This document shows positions 60,801 to 64,000 of a DNA stretch of 64,000 bases, piece by piece. A program made the position numbers and the translations under genes. Origin of the DNA: Amphiscolops sp. MND2022. Its lineage: Eukaryota. The stretch spans positions 42,782,001 to 42,846,000 of the forward strand of contig OZ076413.1 in assembly GCA_964187785.1 (NCBI GenBank), written 5' to 3'. How positions within the stretch are numbered: position 1 is the stretch's first letter; every line of letters starts with the position of its first letter. Under the pieces are notes generated by a model. That model did no database searches. It was given only the letters and a program-made list of their open reading frames with translations, and was not told the DNA's origin.

Positions 60801-63443
60801 ATTTCACCCCACATTCATTTCATTCCAGGTTCATTTCACTCCTAATTGATTTCACCCACGTTCATTTTATCCCACATTTAAATTATTAAATGCGTCTCAG
60901 ATTAATGACTATTGCCGCCCAATTTCAATTTTAGCGCTAATAGAAAAGCGTCTTGAATATAATTACCAATTTGATGCGCAAACGATCGATGCTTGCAATG
61001 TGAACCAAAAAATCAATTTCACTTATGGCAATTGTAATGCTTTTGAACAAGGCGCTGAAATTTTTTTTCTGTCAATCAAAATCTACAATTATGGATGCTG
61101 CGAATCTTCAGCAGAAATTTTTATTCCATTTTTCTACGGCAACAAATTTCCTACAGGCCAGAAACTGACAATCAAATGAAAGCCAACTCGAAGACAGTAG
61201 GCATCATCAAAGTTTAATTGTTAATTGGTTAATCAGGGTGAGACGCTTTAGTGTAAATGCAATATGCTGTGGAAGGAATATGGGTTGAAATGAACGTGGG
61301 GTGAAATGAATGTGGGGTAAAATGATATGGGGTGAAATGATTTTGGGGTGAAATGAGCGCACACCCTGGTTCATCACCCACGTTTCGACACTTTTTGATT
61401 GATGTTCTCATCCCATTTTCAAAGGAAATATTCAACTCAAGGACACACAAAATGTCTAATTGTTTTGTTGTCGAAGTGTGTGGGTACCAGTACCTAACCT
61501 ACTGAAAATGAAAACCTACACAACGAATATAGAAAATTTCGAGATCTTAGCATGGTTTTTTTGGAGGAAAGAATTAGGAGACTTCAGATCTGTTTATTCT
61601 CTGTGTATTTGTCTGCTCTCGTTTTGATTCAACTGATTTTTTTTTCAATGAATTCTTTGATAAAGTAAAAGAATTTTTAAGATGAAAGAAAGCGTTTCAA
61701 CAAATTTTCCAAGTTTTTCAGATATTTGAGATCGCTCAGATCTCTTGTTTTTTCCTTCTCTTTGGAAAAATTCTGTATACTGCTTGGAAGTAGTTCAACA
61801 TGCTTAGATATGCTTTGAGCTTTTTATAAACTGCTGGTAAGATCTACAAGATTTTTACATGCATAGTCGCTGAAGCTTTTATGTATTTTGTAAAAAAAAG
61901 TTTATATGAATGTAGTATGAAAATTAACTTGGGAGTTCTTCTGTTGGCTAAACGGAATCTAAAATACTGATACACCCATCGAAACTATATAGTTTTTTGC
62001 CCTTGTGAATTTTGAAAGTTTTTAGATTTCTATTCAACTTTTGGTTGGTTCATATGATGGCCAGGCCTGGGCCAGATATAGCCAGTGTAAAAGTGTTGGT
62101 TGCCATCTGTGGACAAGACCTGGTTGCCAGGAGTTAAAATTTTATGGACCATTGATAGAAAGCAATGGAGTCTCAGTACGAGATACCAGGCTGAAGTTTA
62201 AAACAATGAAATGTGTAGGATATTTCACTGCTCTATCATGAGAATGTAACGAACCTATGGTCAGATAAAACCGTGTGGCATAAGATTTTATAGTATTACA
62301 CTAAGTCCCAATTTAATCACGTTGTCGACACTGGAAAACGCTAGAATGAGTTTCTCGTCTTTGTTCTTCGCGGAAAATGGTTACATGACTTTTTGCCCCT
62401 GGACTTTTCGCCTCTAAGACATTTCGCCTCTTAACTTAGAATTTAATTATATCCGGTTTAAATTGTTTTTTTCAATGTAATAAAAAGGATGTGGAACTTG
62501 TTTTATTTGAAGAGGTTAGCATATTTGTTGTATGGCTCGGTCGCTTCGCTCCCTTCGCTAGGTAGCAACATTGAGGCATGGTCATATGGCACGTCGCTCC
62601 GCTTCGCTTCGCTCCTGTGTTTAAGGCACTAGGGGTATGTGAACATAGCTGACCACGTTATAATAATTAAGGGGCGAAATGTCTTGGGGGTGAAATGTTC
62701 AGGGCGAAAAGTCCTGTCACGGCGGAAAATAGTTGACACTTTGAATAATTTGAGAGTTGAGAATGTATGTTTTCCTTTCATAGCTCGAAGTGAAGCCCAA
62801 AGGAGGGACCGCGCCCTCTACAGAAGTTGACTTGAGTCGGTTCAACGGCATGGCCCAAGATCCAGGTAACCAAAGTTTCTAGCTTCGAGTTTGAGCGGCG
62901 ACACCTTTTGAAAGTTTCTCTTGCAAAAGAATCATCATATAAAAACCACTGAATTCCCACTGAATTGTAGATAAAGCACTGATACAGAAGCAAACTTTGA
63001 TTAAAACACAACAGGAGTCTGATAATTAGCAGCCGTTTTTGGAACGCCTATTGGTTTCCTGAAACTTGAAAGTATATTTACTGTCGTTCTTAGAAATCCA
63101 TGATGCTAAAATTTTGGCTACAAATAGAGTATAGTACATTTTGGGTATGTAATTTTACCAACCTAGCTTTTGAAAGATAGGTTCGTTCAAAGGATCTTCC
63201 CAGGTTCCGGCAATCAAATTATTAATTACAATTTTTATAAAGGTTCATTCACGATAGTCAAGCATCAAAAATTTGAAAATCAAGCATCAAAAGTTTTCAT
63301 TTCTACTGCTGACTATCATATCATCATTTTTGTCCATTTTAGGAAGTGGCCGATATTATGCCTACAACTCGGAAACGAACGAAAGGGCCTGGCTCAGATC
63401 TCGACAAGTGGAAGCGATGAAAGCCAGACTGAATTTGAAATAA
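1..63443 (+). CDS. Giant single-pass cadherin (>=18 EC repeats, membrane-proximal domain, TM, CDHR3/CDHR4-type cytoplasmic motif); 5'-partial, 31 coding exons in window
   Basis: Exons join in one reading frame (7027 nt; 2342 codons incl. stop after the first base). 17 inter-EC Ca-binding linkers (DVNEDDP, DMNNHRP, TNEFYP, DINDFAP, DVNDHAP, DLNDNYP etc.), LDRE/LDYE and DxD motifs, TM at ~55204-55272, stop TAA 63441-63443. Confidence 0.9.
1335..1470. repeat. ~39-bp minisatellite (catggataattagccatgattcgaatgt...)
   Basis: Three to four diverged tandem units. Confidence 0.6.
1645..1831 (+). CDS. Cadherin exon (GALVADG...CTDGD...MN)
   Basis: ttcag acceptor, AG|GTGTGT donor, DxD motif. Confidence 0.85.
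2109..2317 (+). CDS. Cadherin exon (ALSYED...DVNEDDP...IDEN)
   Basis: taatag acceptor, G|GTTATA donor. Confidence 0.9.
2612..2804 (+). CDS. Cadherin exon (YVVEAV...FEITTNTGEI)
   Basis: tgtag acceptor, AA|GTAACT donor. Confidence 0.85.
3462..3613 (+). CDS. Cadherin exon (YVMEVIV...DMNNHRPVF...AEN)
   Basis: gacag acceptor, G|GTTAAC donor. Confidence 0.9.
3830..4188. mobile_element. Degenerate MITE of the CAAGAT/ATCTTG-rich family
   Basis: cccagtagc...gccatggg ends; internal motifs shared with 19481-20309. Confidence 0.4.
4248..4410 (+). mobile_element. tRNA-derived SINE head / tRNA pseudogene
   Basis: A-box TGGTGTAGTGG and B-box-like GTTTCGAATC; no proper cloverleaf. Confidence 0.55.
4714..4866 (+). 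CDS. Cadherin exon (TVVGTIEATDDD...)
   Basis: ccag acceptor, A|GTCAGT donor. Confidence 0.9.
5243..5612. mobile_element. HINE/Helentron-like non-autonomous element
   Basis: Ends ttttag(c/t)cggcgc ... gccgacttggg..cttgttt; same subfamily as 54192-54562. Confidence 0.65.
5690..5918 (+). CDS. Cadherin exon (SDCETK...TNEFYP...ATDDD), non-canonical GG donor
   Basis: ttttag acceptor; the next exon needs phase 2, met by CAG|GGATGT. Confidence 0.8.
6396..6529 (+). CDS. Cadherin exon (CDTHGDVIYEI...LDREK)
   Basis: aacag acceptor, G|GTTGGA donor. Confidence 0.85.
7177..7383 (+). CDS. Cadherin exon (ESSELVMKACD...DLDDNNPLC)
   Basis: gtgcag acceptor, G|GTTATT donor. Confidence 0.9.
7766..7940. mobile_element. 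Truncated copy of the same HINE-like family
   Basis: aaacaagccgggtgcgtcccaagttagcgctatatctgaggctcaaaaa head. Confidence 0.5.
8007..8351 (+). CDS. Cadherin exon (DLDATEQ...LDYE...SNEFAP...DDDD)
   Basis: ttcag acceptor, G|GTTAGA donor. Confidence 0.92.
8743..9849 (+). CDS. Large cadherin exon (1107 bp, ~3 EC repeats), GC donor
   Basis: tttttag acceptor; open frame with LDYE, DDNDNTP, DINDFAP, DLNDN; donor CAG|GCAAAG fits phase 1 of next exon. Confidence 0.9.
9960..10140. repeat. Minisatellite (ttagatcttattccc) behind an aacaagacgcccgct head also seen at ~52513
   Basis: Tandem diverged units. Confidence 0.55.
10558..11421. mobile_element. Foldback-type MITE whose TIRs are 15-bp tandem repeats
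   Basis: (agaaatttcgtcgtc)x~5 at 10560-10632 inverted to (gacgacgaaatttct)x9 at 11281-11416. Confidence 0.7.
12329..12681 (+). CDS. Cadherin exon (PSPHTLRL...FSIERLSGEIQ)
   Basis: acaag acceptor (AAG), CAG|GTATTC donor. Confidence 0.85.
12962..13139 (+). CDS. Cadherin exon (VARKLDRE...DYNDNVPMF)
   Basis: cacag acceptor, A|GTGAGT donor. Confidence 0.92.
13179..14785. mobile_element. Three nested HINE-like elements
   Basis: Heads at 13179, 13465, 14040; tails (gcgccgact) ending ~14540, 14595, 14785. Confidence 0.75.
15189..15426 (+). CDS. Cadherin exon (TVVTKLTITDAD...)
   Basis: ttttag acceptor, TT|GTAAGT donor. Confidence 0.9.
15658..15685. repeat. (GA)n microsatellite
   Basis: Seen directly. 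Confidence 0.95.
15887..16651. mobile_element. MITE with TIRs, TA-flanked
   Basis: ta-cccgggcttccc ... gggaaacccggg-ta; a second inner TIR at 15981 matches the right end over ~27 bp. Confidence 0.7.
16802..16984 (+). CDS. Cadherin exon (TPNLES...QNTNAP...YPEN...DAD)
   Basis: tttcag acceptor, TG|GTTAGT donor. Confidence 0.9.
17584..17943 (+). CDS. Cadherin exon (FGKPVYSL...DVNDHAPEF...DGD)
   Basis: tctag acceptor, AC|GTGAGT donor. Confidence 0.92.
18593..18809 (+). CDS. Cadherin exon (YTIDTAKC...TDLNDNQ), non-canonical GG donor
   Basis: ccag acceptor; in-frame TGA follows; CAG|GGATGA joins to PFLD giving DLNDNQPF. Confidence 0.85.
19106..19332 (+). CDS. Cadherin exon (PFLDPNP...DND...LDRE)
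   Basis: accag acceptor, GC|GTGAGT donor. Confidence 0.9.
19481..20309. mobile_element. MITE, TA target duplication
   Basis: ta-cccagtgtaa ... ttacactggg-ta. Confidence 0.75.
20657..21070 (-). mobile_element. Internally deleted DNA transposon (hAT-like) with BED zinc-finger remnant
   Basis: MPRTKDEIWKQF...AECKGCK...SRMKTHFEAC fits the BED pattern; gttttaaac subterminal repeats. Confidence 0.7.
21238..21443 (+). CDS. Cadherin exon (ENYELRIEVRDQG...DINDNDPVF...DAD)
   Basis: accag acceptor, G|GTGAGC donor. Confidence 0.92.
22035..23066. mobile_element. MITE with long imperfect TIRs
   Basis: ccctaagttacaaaaatcacaactcttgcaaaattctt vs reverse complement of right end ccctaggttacaagaatcacaaatcttgcaaaattctt. 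Confidence 0.8.
23460..23644 (+). CDS. Cadherin exon (INSRLNYSF...LDREK...AWDQG...VQ)
   Basis: tgcag acceptor, CAG|GTACAG donor; absent from ORF track, translated by hand. Confidence 0.9.
25090..25266 (-). repeat. 3' LTR of element A
   Basis: Direct repeat of 30823-31000, next to PPT. Confidence 0.9.
30823..31000 (-). repeat. 5' LTR of element A
   Basis: Next to PBS at 30811-30822. Confidence 0.9.
31009..31900. repeat. ~137-bp tandem satellite, ~6.5 units
   Basis: taggtg unit starts at 31009, 31146, 31283, 31420, 31554, 31691, 31827. Confidence 0.92.
31899..35225 (-). mobile_element. LTR-less partial gypsy copy B (gag-PR-RT-RH), same family as A
   Basis: Colinear and highly similar to 27537-30765. 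Confidence 0.9.
35919..36216 (+). CDS. Cadherin exon (VTIDDCNDEIPQF...LDRE...KDQ)
   Basis: ttccag acceptor, G|GTACGT donor; follows 12.3-kb intron. Confidence 0.92.
37139..37246. repeat. 108-bp palindrome (perfect 50-bp arms, 8-nt centre)
   Basis: Arms 37139-37188 and 37197-37246 are exact reverse complements. Confidence 0.92.
37467..37659 (+). CDS. Cadherin exon (TPQLTG...DVNDETP...INEN...DND)
   Basis: tctag acceptor, TC|GTGAGT donor. Confidence 0.92.
37712..38360. mobile_element. HINE-like element, tail half
   Basis: ttttagtcggcgc end and gggtcc subrepeats. Confidence 0.65.
38370..43920 (-). mobile_element. Decayed Ty3/gypsy element C, 5'-truncated
   Basis: gag knuckle (CGLEFNNGHLAECKAKHERC), PR (IDSGS), RT, RNase H (CDAS, ELELLAVVW, SDHK), IN remnants; PPT gggggA-TG at ~38453. 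Confidence 0.88.
42453..42977. mobile_element. HINE-like element inserted just upstream of the protease motif of gypsy C
   Basis: Removing it restores MKGKINKQPFTTMIDSGS; family termini present. Confidence 0.75.
43361..46486. repeat. 783-bp tandem array, 4 units
   Basis: taccccttcttcg at 43361, 44140, 44922, 45705. Confidence 0.92.
46875..47200 (+). pseudogene. Truncated duplicate of cadherin exon 50156..50526
   Basis: Near-identical to 50156-50481 including upstream intron; CAG>TAG at 47119-47121; 3' end and donor lost. Confidence 0.9.
47208..49766. repeat. Second 783-bp array, partial + 3 units
   Basis: Units start at 47419, 48202, 48985. Confidence 0.92.
50156..50526 (+). CDS. Cadherin exon (ISSNSTDG...IDYE...DLNDNYP...DAD)
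   Basis: tgtag acceptor, G|GTTTGT donor, open frame. Confidence 0.92.
51822..52009 (+). CDS. Cadherin exon: end of last EC repeat and start of membrane-proximal domain
   Basis: YSMRVIAQDNGNPSLSS; ttccag acceptor, GAA|GTAAAA donor. Confidence 0.88.
52291..52430 (+). CDS. Exon, membrane-proximal domain with RQRRMRR
   Basis: ctag acceptor, GA|GTTAGT donor; phases 0/2 bridge the neighbours; not in ORF track. Confidence 0.75.
54192..54562. mobile_element. HINE-like element abutting a splice acceptor
   Basis: Family termini; similar to 5243-5612. Confidence 0.75.
54569..54723 (+). CDS. Exon, membrane-proximal domain (GLTVWAYLYAYD...)
   Basis: tttcag acceptor, G|GTAGGA donor. Confidence 0.85.
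54833..54865. repeat. (GA)n microsatellite
   Basis: Seen directly. Confidence 0.95.
55121..55292 (+). CDS. Transmembrane exon (WMVGLSAVILVLIVATICLYLVV-RYK)
   Basis: ~23 hydrophobic residues then basic residues; GG|GTAAGC donor. Confidence 0.92.
55757..55896 (+). CDS. Cytoplasmic exon (VSVIRTKDARG...KVQLQ)
   Basis: tttcag acceptor, C|GTCAGT donor, phase consistent. Confidence 0.75.
56375..56475 (+). CDS. Cytoplasmic exon (KSKTPVVATAAPRK...SRKP)
   Basis: GC-rich island, tttcag acceptor, |GTAAGT donor. Confidence 0.78.
56900..59250. repeat. Old, strongly diverged ~180-bp tandem array
   Basis: gcttaga..gtt(a/c)aa and cagatttt motifs recur at ~57021, 57197, 57381, 57568 and beyond. Confidence 0.6.
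59420..60570 (-). mobile_element. Non-LTR retrotransposon RT fragment (CR1/L2-like)
   Basis: PIFKK..NYRTIS..LSKVFEK, FLDLSKAFDSV, QGTILGPLLF, HADDT; frameshifted. Confidence 0.85.
60797..61366. mobile_element. Foldback-type MITE
   Basis: tcatttcacccc repeats on the left, ggggtgaaatga repeats on the right; related fragment at 10826-10865. Confidence 0.7.
62384..62722. mobile_element. Small MITE with repeat-built TIRs
   Basis: gacttttcgcc/gacatttcgcc left vs ggcgaaatgtc/ggcgaaaagtc right. Confidence 0.65.
62784..62865 (+). CDS. Cytoplasmic exon (LEVKPKGG...FNGMAQDP)
   Basis: catag acceptor, G|GTAACC donor; first half of tail motif. Confidence 0.8.
63343..63443 (+). CDS. Last coding exon (SGRYYAYNSETNERAWL...LNLK*)
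   Basis: ttttag acceptor, phase 1, TAA stop. Confidence 0.8.
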
Positions 63444-64000
63444 TTCAGAGAGAACCTTTTAATAAGTCATAACTGAAAGCAAATTCAATCACAAGCAATA
63501 ACAATTGTAAATATAAGTAGACTAACTTGCACTTAGAATTAATGACCAAATTGATTTTTTTGCAGTGGTAAAAATTATAGTCTTTAAAGATTTTCGAATT
63601 TTGAAAAGTATGCTATGAAGCTAAATGTTTTGTAGTTGGACTCTGTGGATACTCAACAAATCCACCAAATATCCAATAATTAAAAACAAGGTGCGTGAAA
63701 AAGTCCAAAGTTGAGAAAAAAGGTGGGAATTTTTCCCAGTTCCACGGCGTGAGATTCGAATAGCCAGTTCAGCCTTCCCATACGAAGTTATAGTACCCTG
63801 ATTGCAGTTAAATTGTTGAAGCTGTAGTTTGGGAGTAACTTGCACAAACTATCAAAGGCCTAATTGCTTTTTGTTGTACATTTTATTTAGCTTTTTCACT
63901 AACTGCGTTTTTTGTCAATACCATAGCACAGGGCTAGCAATTAACGACTTTCTTAAGGTGTAAAAAAGTTTAGTAATTTTCAAATCTGATGCCGCAGAAA

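Noticed and set aside
1..63443. Assignment as Fat, CELSR or classical cadherin
   Set aside because: No EGF/LamG, 7TM or catenin-binding region; tail motif points to CDHR3/4
1..64000. Species assignment (repeat style reminded me of acoel genomes)
   Set aside because: Impression only; cannot be supported without a search

Overview
AT-rich, repeat-dense animal (invertebrate-like) genomic DNA. The whole window is the 3' part of one + strand, intron-rich giant cadherin gene. I rebuilt 31 phase-consistent coding exons (<1..63443; 7027 nt, about 2340 aa). They encode about 18 cadherin (EC) repeats, a membrane-proximal non-EC domain with a furin-like RRMRR site, one TM helix and a cytoplasmic tail ending in FNGMAQDPGSGRYYAYNSETNERAWL. 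I recognise that motif from memory as the CDHR3/CDHR4 tail motif. The model needs two GG-AG introns (both CAG|GGATG) and one GC-AG intron. The introns hold three decayed antisense Ty3/gypsy elements, a LINE fragment, a BED-finger transposon relic, several MITEs, a Helentron/HINE-like family with Russian-doll nesting and 137-bp and ~180-bp satellites. They also hold a 783-bp chimeric tandem array and a 3.28-kb duplication that left a dead copy of one cadherin exon. All coordinates were read by eye; no database search was possible.
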